A DNA stretch of 64,000 nucleotides. It comes from Eledone cirrhosa (lineage: Eukaryota). The stretch lies in assembly GCA_964016885.1 (NCBI GenBank), contig OZ024744.1, positions 12,028,001-12,092,000 of the forward strand, written 5' to 3'. The position numbers were made by a program, and so were the translations under genes. Below, in pieces: positions 1 to 10,700 of this stretch; the stretch's first letter is position 1; every line of letters starts with the position of its first letter. The notes under the pieces were generated by a model. That model did not search any database. It was not told the DNA's origin and was given only the letters and a program-made list of their open reading frames with translations.

Positions 1-885
1 GGGATGCCGTGGCTACAGATGCGTAAACACGCATTAAGGCTACGGCAACTCCAGGTATTCCTCACCGGTCAACCGGTGTGGGCCCCGTTTGTGAGGCGAG
101 CCTTTCCCAGACTCGTCTCGCTCACCGAGCTGCAATCCTGGGTCAAGCAAAGACCGAGAAAAGTGGGCGACTGGCACATTGAATGTGCCCAGGCGCTCAC
201 GGTCCTCTGGAAAGCGGACCCGGCAATCAGTGGAGACTCCACCTCGACATTCTATAGAGGGTTGGTACGCAGCAAGTGCGACGATGCTCTCGGAGAAGCT
301 CTAGGCATGGAGGAAGATGAACTGGCCAGTCTGTTCGGTAGGACATTTGGCCCTGGACCGATGGACAACTTCCAAAAGTCACCGGCTTGGCAGTGCTACC
401 GAGGGGCTCTACCCGTTCGAGACAAGCTCCACAGGCATTGGAGCCTGGGTAGGGATCCTTTGAATAAGATCTGTCCGAGATGCGTGCATGACGACGAAAC
501 CATTGCACACGCATTCGTACACTGCCCAGGCATTGCTAACCTGTGGGGCTATGTGGAACTACTGTCGAGGGTGGGACCAATCTGGTTGACCACCGAGTCC
601 ATTGTAACGATCAAACCGCCTCCCCCTTTCAAAAACGAAGGAGAGGCGGTTTTTCTCTGTGTGATAGCTATGGCTAAAGAAGTTGTATGGTGGACGAGGC
701 TGAAAGGGCTGAGGTCAGACACCTTTCTCTCCGGCCAACAACTGGTCCCCTTTTTCAAATACCATTTTAAAAGAAGGATCAGAATGGAGAGAGAGGTGCT
801 CTACCCCAGCAAGTTTTATGAAAGGTGGGTGAAAGTAGGGAGAATGGCCAGAGTGAATGGGTCTTCTCTCTATATCAGCCTGTAG
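1..885 (+). CDS. C-terminal part of L1/Tx1 ORF2 (zf-RVT-like region), partial
   Basis: Open frame from the window edge to TAG at 883-885. It begins GMPW and contains the C-x2-C-x8-H-x4-C motif. Confidence 0.7.
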   Translation, partial: GMPWLQMRKHALRLRQLQVFLTGQPVWAPFVRRAFPRLVSLTELQSWVKQRPRKVGDWHIECAQALTVLWKADPAISGDSTSTFYRGLVRSKCDDALGEALGMEEDELASLFGRTFGPGPMDNFQKSPAWQCYRGALPVRDKLHRHWSLGRDPLNKICPRCVHDDETIAHAFVHCPGIANLWGYVELLSRVGPIWLTTESIVTIKPPPPFKNEGEAVFLCVIAMAKEVVWWTRLKGLRSDTFLSGQQLVPFFKYHFKRRIRMEREVLYPSKFYERWVKVGRMARVNGSSLYISL

Positions 886-1124
886 GTGAAAGAAGAGGAA
901 AAAGAGGAGACGAGGGAAGCACCTACTCTTTGTGCTCCTGAGGAGAAGGGTTGCACATTTTTTCCGGGGTGTGTGTGCGACCCATGTTAATGCCCCCTCC
1001 CTATTGAGGACTTCGTTTGTTGTTGTTATTTCATTGTTATATTTTTGTACTCGTTAATTATATGTAAACTTCCCCCCTTGTATCTGTCCCTACCTTTTGT
1101 GCCCTAGTGGCAAATAAAGAAATC
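1..1124 (+). mobile_element. L1/Tx1-like non-LTR retrotransposon, 3' portion (continues left of window)
   Basis: ORF to 885 contains the post-RT CCHC zinc-binding motif CPRC...ETIAHAFVHC typical of L1/Tx1 ORF2. The T-rich 3'UTR ends in AATAAAGAAATC at 1113-1124. A homologous copy lies at 39130-40260 (-). Confidence 0.85.
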
Positions 1125-1568
1125 ACTCTATATATACTATTGTATTTTCATGGTAAAGGCTTTACCTCACATAATATCTCACATAACATTTACATTACTC
1201 TATATATACTATTGTATTTTCACAGTAAAGGCTTTACCTCACATAATATCTCACATAACATTTACATTACTCTATATATACTATTGTATTTTCACAGTAA
1301 AGGCTTTACCTCACATAATATCTCACATAACATTTACATTACTCTATATATACTATTGTATTTTCACAGTAAAGGCTTTACCTCACATAATATCTCACAT
1401 GACATTTACATTACTCTACATATACTATTGTATTTTCACAGTAAAGGCTTTACCTCACATAATATCTCACATGACATTTACATTACTCTACATATACTAT
1501 TGTATTTTCACAGTAAATGCTTTACCTCACATAATATCTCACATAACATTTACATTACTCTATATATA
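1125..1568. repeat. 72-bp minisatellite, left part (~6 units)
   Basis: Unit ACTCTATATATACTATTGTATTTTCACAGTAAAGGCTTTACCTCACATAATATCTCACATAACATTTACATT starts at 1125, 1197, 1269, 1341, 1413, 1485 and 1557 (partial). Confidence 0.95.
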
Positions 1569-1642
1569 TTAATTGTTAAATACGAAAGTTTTTGGTCGTA
1601 TTGAACAGAACAAATTTTGTATTTTTGTTAATCGCTTGTTAA

Positions 1643-1798
1643 ATGCAAGGACCCCATTCAATCATTACCTTCTATCTAGCTATGCAAGGACCCCATTCAA
1701 TCATTACCTTCTATCTAGCTATGCAAGGACCCCATTCAATCATTACCTTCTATCTAGCTATGCAAGGACCCCATTCAATCATTACCTTCTATCTAGCT
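1643..1798 (+). repeat. 4 x 39-bp tandem repeat in RTE 5'UTR
   Basis: ATGCAAGGACCCCATTCAATCATTACCTTCTATCTAGCT repeated four times identically. Confidence 0.95.
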
Positions 1799-2106
1799 AC
1801 CCAACACCCCTCCCTCCCACCCCCACGCACCACCATTGCTATTACGTGGACCAATCATAAAACAGAGCCCCCACGCATCACCAGTATTATTACGCGGACC
1901 AATCAGAAGCCAGAGGCCTATACTATCGCTTGCCTGGTTGCCTTTCGATATATGATGGATGGATGGACTGCGGAATCCTGGAGAGTGGAGGAGAGAGAGA
2001 GAAAAATCTGGACGCTCAGCGACAATGCCAAAGATAAAGACAAATTCACCTCGTGGACGAGAATGCGAGCACTCCTCTTTGTTTCGACCGCGGACGGCTA
2101 ACATAA

Positions 2107-5100
2107 CCCCATCGCCCCCCACCGCCCCCACCCCCAAACGCAATCCAAAACTTCAGAGTTGGTACCATAAATGTAGGCACCCTAAAGGGTCGCGCTAACG
2201 AGGTTGTAGAAATGCTTGAACGTAAGGAGGTCGATGTTTGTTGTATTCAAGAGACCAGGTGGAGGGGTGCGTCTGCTAGGTTCATTGAGGGTAAAAAACG
2301 ATGTTATAAGCTTTTCTGGGTGGGAAACGACGATGGGCTGGGTGGAGTAGGAATCATGGTAGCAGAAAAGTGGGCAGATAAGATAATAGACGTAAATAGA
2401 GTGAACGACAGAATAATTAAAATACGACTTGTCCTCAATAGAACTACGGTGACAGTAATATCTGCGTACGCACCCCAATCCGGACTGCCCGGCACTATAA
2501 AAGACAGATTCTATGAGACACTGATGCTAACTACCTCCCAAATATCCGACAGTGACTATATAATTATCGCAGGCGACCTAAATGGTCACGTTGGACAACA
2601 TTGTGACGGCTACGACGAAATCCATGGAGGCTATGGGTTTGGTACTAGAAATGAGGAAGGCTCCAGAATCCTGGAATTCTGTGATGCAAATAACCTAACT
2701 ATCTGTAACACTAACTTCAAAAAACGTGACAATCACCTGATCACCTATAGATCCGGGGAACACACAAGCCAGGTAGATTATATCCTTACCAGAAGACGTG
2801 ACAGAGTGTCTGTTGTAAACACTAAATCCCTCCCCCATGAAGAATGCACCTCCCAACATAGACTGATAATTAGCGACCTCATAGTCAGGACGAGATGTAC
2901 TCGACAGCAGAAGAGGACTATCCTCAGGAGAAAAATATGGAAGCTAAAGGACCCCAGAGCCAGGAATAAATTTCAAAGCATATTACTTGATGCTTTCGAC
3001 AGTAAGGAAGAACATTTAGAGTCGGACAATATAGAGGGAGAGTGGGAATTTCTGAAAGCAAACCTGCTGTTGGCGACAGACGAAGTCTGTGGCTGGAGCA
3101 GGCCTGTAGGCAGGAGGAGAGTAACATGGTGGTGGAACAGTAAGGTGGAGGGGTCAATTAAGGCCAAAAAGCAGGCTTGGAAAGTATGGCGGGATGGGGG
3201 AAGTAGAGAAGACTATCAAGTGGCCAGGAGGGAAGCTAGGAGACAAGTGTACTTAGCAAGAAGGGAAGCTGAGGAAAGAAAGTTCAAGCATGTTCTACAA
3301 CGCGATGACCAAAAACGTGAGGTGTTCAGGATTACTAGGCAATGCGTCAAGGAAAACCGTGATATTGTCGGGGAGAAGTGTGTACTAAACGACGATGGCA
3401 CACTTGCCATCACCGACGCTGATAAGAAGGTAGCTTGGAAGTGTCACTATGAAAGGCTACTAAATGAGGAGAATAAATGGGAGAAAGACAGTCTCCCCCA
3501 TATCGACCCAATAGAGGGACCAGCAGTGTTAGTCGAGGGGAGTATAATAAGTAAGGCAATCAAGGATATGAAGACGGGTAAGGCGGCTGGGCCTTCGGAA
3601 ATAGTTGCTGAGATGCTGAAGGCATCTGGCACGGTGGGACACACCATGGTCACCCGCATAGTTAACCAAGTCATACAGAATGGGGTTGTTCCGAAGGACT
3701 GGCATAGCAGCATCATCGTTAACTGTTATAAGGGTAAAGGAGACGCCCTAGATAGGAGTAACTATAGAGGCATTAAATTAATCGACCAGGTCATGAAGGT
3801 CACGGAAAAAGTAATAGCGCAACTAATCAGAGAGAGAATTGACCTAGATGAAATGCAGTTCGGGTTTGTGTCAGGCAAAAGTACCACAGACGCTCTTTTC
3901 ATAGTACGACAACTACAGGAGAAGTACCTAGCTAAAGGTAAACCCCTCTACTTAGCTTTTGTCGACTTGGAGAAAGCCTTCGACAGAGTCCCCCGCTCCA
4001 TTATCTGGTGGGCTCTTAGAAAACTAGGCGTTGACGAATGGCTTGTGAGGGCTATACAAGCCATGTATAAAGAAACAGTCAGCAAGGTTAGAATTAACAA
4101 CGAATATAGTGAAGAGTTTAGCGTAAAAGTTGGCGTCCATCAGGGCTCTGTTCTCAGCCCACTACTATTTATTATTGCCCTTCAGGCTATAACAGAGGAG
4201 TTCAAGACAGGCTGCCCATGGGAACTCCTATACGCAGACGACCTGACACTCATAGCGGAATCAATGGCCGAGCTAGAGAAGAAATTCCAAACATGGAAGC
4301 ACGGCCTAGAGTCAAAAGGACTTAAAATTAACCTGGCTAAGACCAAAGTACTAGTTTGTAGGAAAGAAAACAAGGCGGCGGTCCCTTCTGGGAAATGGTA
4401 GTGCTCGGTGTGTAGGAAAGGCGTAGGTAGAAACTCCATTTTATGTCCTAAATGCAAAGTATGGGTGCATAAAAGATGTAGTGGGATCACAGGTAAGCTA
4501 ACTAAGAACATAGATTTTACATGTGGCCGGTGCTCTGGTGCAATAAGTAGCAGCAAGTGCCCACAAAATACTAGCTCTTTCAATTGCGCAGAGGGTTCTA
4601 TAGAAATAGTGGACAGCTTCCGTTACCTGGGCGATAAAATCAGCAGTGGGGGAGGGTGCTCTGAAAGTACTGTAGCTAGAGTCAGAACTGGTTGGAAAAA
4701 GTTCAGAGAGCTTATACCACTATTAGCTGCTAAAGGGTTCTCCCTAAAAATGAAAGGCAGGTTGTACGATGCCTGCATACGAACAGCAATGCTGCATGGC
4801 AGTGAGACCTGGGCATTGTGTGCAGAGGATATACGCAGACTAGAGAGGAACGAAGCTTGCATGCTCCGCTGGATGTGTAACAGTAATATACGTGAACGGC
4901 AAAGCATAAACGAACTAAGGAAAAAATTAGAGATAAGAGGGATCAGATGTTGTTTACTCGAGAGAAGGCTACGTTGGTATGGACACGTGATGCGCATGAA
5001 AGTCGATAGCTGTATAACAAAGTGCAGGGCAATAAAGATAGACGGTAGTCACGGAATAGGCAGACCTAGAAAAACCTGGGACGAGCTGATAAACTCCGAC

Positions 5101-5187
5101 ATCACACACTTACACCTCTCCAAGACAATGTCACTGGACCGAGACCTTTGGCGGTACTCAGTAACAGAGAAGACCCGCCTTACCTAA
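2107..5187 (+). pseudogene. RTE ORF2 (endonuclease-reverse transcriptase with PHD-type finger), one in-frame TAG at 4399-4401
   Basis: ORFs 2212..4401 and 4408..5187 are in the same frame. The frame is open from 2107, upstream of the first ATG at 2212. Confidence 0.9.
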
Positions 5188-5584
5188 ATATATAGTAAAA
5201 CCTACTCCAGCCAGTAGGCATCTCTAACAAAATACACCCCGTCCCACCACCACCACCCCCACCCCATCCACACCACCCCGTTCTATGTAAAGTTATGTTG
5301 GTGCCGCGCCATCCAGGCCGAAACAAATGAGATCGTGTAGGTGTCACGACAAAAAAACACACAGTCCACGCTGTAATGTGGCCGTGTAGGCAACACGGTA
5401 AAAACCTCCCAGACCCACACTGTAAATGTGGTTGGTGTTAGGAAGGGCATCCAACTGTAGAAAACCTGCCAGACAGTCCTATGCGAGCAAGACAATCACT
5501 CTTGCCTCAAGTGGGACTACCCCCGTCCAAACCCATGCAAGCGTGGAACACGGATGTTAAACGTTGATGATGATGATGATGATG

Positions 5585-5845
5585 ATACTATTGTATTTTC
5601 ACAGTAAAGGCTTTACCTCACATAATATCTCACATAACATTTACATTACTCTATATATACTATTGTATTTTCACAGTAAAGGCTTTACCTCACATAATAT
5701 CTCACATGACATTTACATTACTCTACATATACTATTGTATTTTCACAGTAAAGGCTTTACCTCACATAATATCTCACATAACATTTACATTACTCTATAT
5801 ATACTATTGTATTTTCATGGTAAAGGCTTTATCTCACATAATATC
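5585..5845. repeat. 72-bp minisatellite, right part (~3.5 units)
   Basis: Same unit as 1125-1568, resuming at ATACTATTG. Confidence 0.95.
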
Positions 5846-5974
5846 GAATCTATGAGATTTTGAAAGTATTTATTTTGAGAACAATACCTTAACATCAGTT
5901 TGAGTGACCAATTACAGCCAGTTTCAACAGAAAGAGGTAGAGAATTCTGGCCGGTTTGAACATTAAAGGGATAA
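5846..5974. mobile_element. Possible non-autonomous DNA transposon (MITE) right end, TTAA-CCCT-type terminus
   Basis: Ends ...GGCCGGTTTGAACATTAAAGGG-ATAA, one mismatch from AAAGGG-TTAA. It resembles an abundant octopus dispersed repeat as I recall it; not verified. Confidence 0.4.
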
Positions 5975-6512
5975 TGGAAAGAGGAGGTAGCATGGGAGAC
6001 GTTGAATAAAAACAAACCACAAAGACGAGGGTGATAAAAACTGTACAATATAAATGGAAATAATGAAAAGGAACAGAGTTGGGGGAGGGGGTCTGACAGA
6101 TTCTTAGGTGAGAAAAAAAATGGATAATCGCCTCTAGGGGTAATACCAGAAGATTCAAACTGAAGGGTTCAAGGGAGCCATTATGTCTAAAATTGATATT
6201 TATTACCAAATTCCCAAATATGGAATTGGCCAAAAGTGTTGAATATGCCATGAGCAAAACCAAACAGAAAGTGGTGGAGGTTAACCAGAGTGGGGTCACC
6301 CCAACAGGATTGGACTACCAAATTACCAAGTTTTAAGAAAATATTAGTCACAAAAATTGTTCTGCCATGTGCCATAGAAGAGTAATTTGCTGGCTGTGTT
6401 AGAGAGTCCTGGGTTACATCCTTGATTTATTAACAACTATTCTAAATTGATCATGGTTCTTTGCTACAAAAACATACTTTGACATTTCTGTCTGCCAAAG
6501 GCTTCATCAATT

Positions 6513-6632
6513 ATCATCATCATCATCATCATCATCATCACTAGCATGGATTAGACAAGTTGTCCCATTGTCAGCTCAGATGACCATGTCTTGCTCATAC
6601 ATAACTGTTTCTGGATGCCTTTCTTAACATCA
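6513..6632 (-). mobile_element. 3' end of RTE LINE or RTE-tailed SINE
   Basis: (ATC)n at 6513-6540, then CTAGCATGGATTAGAC and CTGGATGCCTTTCTTAACATCAACCAC. These are reverse-complement matches to the RTE 3'UTR at 5428-5586 and direct matches to 8760-8925. Confidence 0.85.
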
Positions 6633-7595
6633 ACCACTTTACAGCATGGACTGGATGCTTTTTATCGTGGCACCAAAGCATCCACTTTACAGCATGGACT
6701 GATTGCTTTTTATCGTGGCACCAAAGCAACCACTTTACAGCATGGACTGGTTGCTTTTTATCGTGGCACCAAAACAACCACTTTACAGCATGGACTGGGT
6801 GCTTTTTATCGTGGCACCAAAACAACCACTTTACAGCATGGACTGGGTGCTTTTTATCGTGGCACCAAAACAACCACTTTACAGCATGGACTGGGTGCTT
6901 TTTGTTGTGATACCAACACAACCACTTTACAGCATGTACTGGGTACTTTTTGTTGTGCACCTACATGACCTCTTTACCGTGTGTACTGGGTACTTTTTGT
7001 TTTGACACCTATACGACCACTTTACAGTGTGGACAGGGTGCTTTTTGTTTTGACACCTACACGACCACTTTACAGTGTGGACTGGGTGCTTTTTGTTGTG
7101 ACACCTACATGACCACTTTACAGTGTGTACTGGGTACTTTTTGTTGTGACATCTACATGACCACTTTACAGTGCGGACTGGGTGCTTTTTGTTGTGACAT
7201 CTACATGACCACTTTACAGTGTGGACTGGGTGCTTTTTGTTGTGACATCTACATGACCACTTTACAGTGTGCACAGGGTGCTTTTTGTTGTGACATCTAC
7301 ATGACCACTTTACAGTGTGGACTGGGTGCTTTTTGTTGTGACATCTACATGACCACTTTACAGTGCGGACTGGGTGCTTTTTGTTGTGACATCTACATGA
7401 CCACTTTACAGTGTGCACAGGGTGCTTTTTGTTGTGACACCTACATGACCACTTTACAGTGTGGACTGGGTACTTTTTGTCATGACTCCTACATGACCAC
7501 TTTACAGTGTGGACTGGGTACTTTTTGTTGTGACACCTACATGACCACTTTACAGTGTGGACTGGATGTTATTGTTGTGACAGCTACATGACCAC
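6633..7595. repeat. 48-bp minisatellite (~20 units) derived from RTE 3'UTR
   Basis: Unit ACCACTTTACAGTGTGGACTGGGTGCTTTTTGTTGTGACATCTACATG, with a second variant in the first ~6 units. The same motif occurs in 2-3 copies in the RTE 3'UTRs at ~5335-5430, ~8925-9030 and ~40261-40400. Confidence 0.92.
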
Positions 7596-7651
7596 AATAG
7601 ACTGTTGTTTATGTTTGTTCTCTTCTTTTTATTTGATTTTTGCTTCCATAG

Positions 7652-7757
7652 TAAAATGTTAAAGGGAGAATGTGACCATCTCACACCAGCCACACATCTT
7701 TTGGAGAAACGTAGGGAACTTGCAGAGGTTGAACAAGTTCTTGCTGTCCAAAAAGAG
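7652..7757 (+). CDS. CCDC42: CCDC42/CFAP73-family coiled-coil protein, exon A (106 nt)
   Basis: Polypyrimidine tract plus TAG acceptor (AG 7650-7651) and GAG|GTAATA donor. Encodes KMLKGECDHLTPATHLLEKRRELAEVEQVLAVQKE, matching the DHLTPATRLLEKRRE motif of CCDC42 homologs. Joins exon B in frame. Confidence 0.88.
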
Positions 7758-7762
7758 GTAAT

Positions 7763-10700
7763 ATAATAATAATAATAATGAAATTATTGTGTAAAGTGCT
7801 CAGGTGCACTACAACTCGTCAAAGGTGTATGTATAGTACATAGAATAATACACAAATGTCAGGGAAGTGAATAGTGTATGAGTCATGGTATACATGTGTG
7901 TATGTGTATGGAGGGGGAACATTAGCTGTAGTGTTGCGGATCTCGGGAAGCATGGAGGCCTTAAAGGATGCAGTGTCTCGACAGCTAACAACTGATGCAG
8001 GAAGTTTGTTCCATGCTTCAGCAACTCTGAGCGTGAAAAAATGTTTCCGAAAGTCATGGGAACTGTGCTGTTTTCTGACTTTGTGGGCATGTCCATGTGT
8101 GTTAGACACATGGAGATCAAAAAGGTGCTCAGGGTTGTTGTTGGCAAGATGGTTAATAATTTTGTGGGTGTTTACCAAGTCAGTTGCCAGGTGTCGGAGC
8201 TTCAATGTATCCATGCCCAGAAAAGCAAGGCGCTCAGAGTATGGTAGATACCTGATGGAGGGTATTCGCTTGGTTTCACGTCTCTGAACAGTTTCCAGGC
8301 GATCAATGTTCTGAGCAAGATAGGGGTTCCAGACTGGTGATGCAAATTCTAAGTGTGGCCGCACCATAGCCATAAATAGATATCTGGAGAGCGGCTGACA
8401 AAGGACTTGCTGAGTGATGCTAGGACACCCTTGGCCCTCTTGACAATTTTAGTGACGTGCTTTGTCCAACGCAAATCGCTGCTGACCGTAATACCCAGGT
8501 CACGTTCACAAGAAGACTTCTTGATATTAGTGCTGTGGAGGGAGTATGTGGACGCTGGGTTTTTACTCCCAAAATGCATGGTGGTGCACTTGTACACAGC
8601 TAGCTTGAGTTTCCAGTCTGAGATCCATTATTGCATTGTGTCCAGGTCAGACTGCAAGCAAGATCTATAGTGTTCAGGATATGTCCTTTTTATCTCAAGG
8701 TACAGCTTGATGTCATCTGCGTACTTTAGTGCCGTGGCATTCTTTAAGTTGGCATCTATCATCATCATCATCCTCACCACTTTACGTCCGTTCTTCCACG
8801 CTAGCATGGGTTAGACGGGTTGTCCTGTTGTGGGCAGTGTCTGTTCGGCTGACCATGCCTTGCTCATACAGGAACTGATTTGGCTTGATTTCTACAGCTT
8901 GATGCCCTTCCTAACACCAACCTCATTTACAGTGAGTGCTGGGTGCTTTTTCGTGGCGCCTACGCATCCACTTTACAGTGGGGGCTGGGGGCTTTTTTGC
9001 CGTGGCACCTCCACGACCACCTTGCAGTGGGAGGGTGTGGCGGCATATTGTCTATATGCTTCAGCTTGTACCCATGGAAGGTTGGGTACTCTGTATTACT
9101 GTGTGACGCCAGAGGTCACGGTCGTGTGTCATCGCCTTGGAGAGGTGTAATTGGGTAAGGTCGGCTTTTATCACCTCATCCCAGGTCATCTTGGGTCTCC
9201 CTACTCCGCGGTTTCCATCGACTTCTAGTGCTCTGCACCTTTTTATGCAGCTGTCATCTTTCATACGCATCACATGTCCATACCAATGCAACCGCCTCTC
9301 CTGCACACAGCATTTGATTCCTCTTATGCTCAGTCTCTCTCTCAATTCATTTATGCTTTGTCAGTCGCGTATATTACTATTACACATCCATCAGAGCATG
9401 CAGGCTTCGTTTCTCTCTAATCTACGTAAGTCACCTTCAGCGCCCAGGTCTCACTACCATGTAACATTGCTGTTCGGATACACGCATCATACAGTCTGCC
9501 TTTCATTTTGAGGGAGAAGCGTTTTGCAGCTAGCAGTGGCAGTAGTTCCCTGAACTTCTTCCATCCCATTCTTACCCTAGTTATTGTACTTTCTGAACAC
9601 CCACCTCCGCTGCTAATTCAGTCACCTAGATAGCAGAAGCTGTCTACTGTCTCTACAGAGCCCTCCCAGAGATTGGTGGTACTTGTTTCCTGTGGCTGTT
9701 TGCTGCTTGCTGTCCCAGTACAGCTGCTGCATGTGAAGCCTACATTCTTAATTAAGCTTCCTGAGATCCCACTACATCTCTTGTGTACCCATTGTTTACA
9801 TTTGGGGCAGAGAATGGAGTTCCTACCTACACCTTTCCTACATACTGAGCAAGGCCATTTCCCTGAGGGGATATGGGTTCTGTTTTCTCGTCTACTTACG
9901 AGGACCTTAGTCTTTGTCATGTTGACTTTGAGACCCTTTCTTTCTAGTCCCTGCTTCCAAGTTTGGAATTTCTTCTATAAGTGCGAGGTCATCAGCATAC
10001 AGGAGTTTCCATGGGCATCCGATCTTAAACTCCTCCGTTATTGCCTACAGGACTATGATGAACAGGAGAGGGCTAAGAACAGAGCCCTGGTGGACACCAA
10101 CCTGTACGCTAAATTCCTCGCTATACTCATTGCTAATCCTAACTTTGCTGACTGCTCCCCTATACATGGCTTGTACAGCTTTCACAAGCCATTCATCTAC
10201 TCCTAGTTTTCTAAGAGCCCACCAGATTACAGCACGTGGAACTGTGTCAAAGGCTTTCTCGAGATCGACAAATGCCAGGTAGAGTGGCTTACTTTTAGCT
10301 AGGTACTTTTCCTGTAACTGCCTCACGAAGAAGAGGGCATCAGTGGTGCCTCTTCCTGGTACAAACCCAAATTGCATCTCATCTAGTTTCACCCAGTCCC
10401 TAATCAACTGTGCTATAACTCTTTCTGTTACTTTCATGATCTGGTCCATCAGCTTTAAACCTCTATAGTTTCCTCTATCGAGTGCATCACCTTTACCTTT
10501 GTAGCAGTTGACAATGATGCTACTGCACCAATCTTTTGTTATGACACCTTCTAGTATTACCTGGTTAACAATACGTGTTGTTATAGTGTGACCTACAGAC
10601 CCAGATGCCTTCAGCATCTTGGCAGCTATACCCGATGGACCGGTTGCCTTCCCCATCTTAATATCTTTGATTGCCTTACTTACTACGCTGCTGCTGACTT

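Larger units (their letters stand above)
1569..5586 (+). mobile_element. Near full-length RTE-clade LINE inserted into the 72-bp minisatellite
   Basis: Has a 5'UTR with 39-bp repeats, an APE endonuclease (VGTINVGT, CIQETRW, AGDLNGHVG, SQVDYIL, SQHRLI), RT (FVDLEKAFDRV, GVHQGSVLSP, YADD) and RTE C-terminus (RRLRWYGHV, GRPRKTW). The 3'UTR ends in a (GAT)n tail at 5566-5586. The minisatellite unit resumes in register after the tail. Confidence 0.95.

Noticed and set aside
1107-1860. Repetitive ORFs over the 72-bp and 39-bp repeats
   Set aside because: Unit lengths are multiples of 3 and several frames are open at once. No protein family is recognisable.
2182-4997. Antisense ORFs overlapping the RTE
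   Set aside because: Shadow ORFs of the LINE coding strand with no independent motifs.
5975-6510. Unique stretch examined for the missing first CCDC42 exon or another gene
   Set aside because: I found no recognisable N-terminal family motif or convincing splice pair. The upstream exon is probably left of the window.
6591-7591. Cys-rich repeat ORFs on both strands
   Set aside because: Translations of the 48-bp minisatellite that derives from a LINE 3'UTR.
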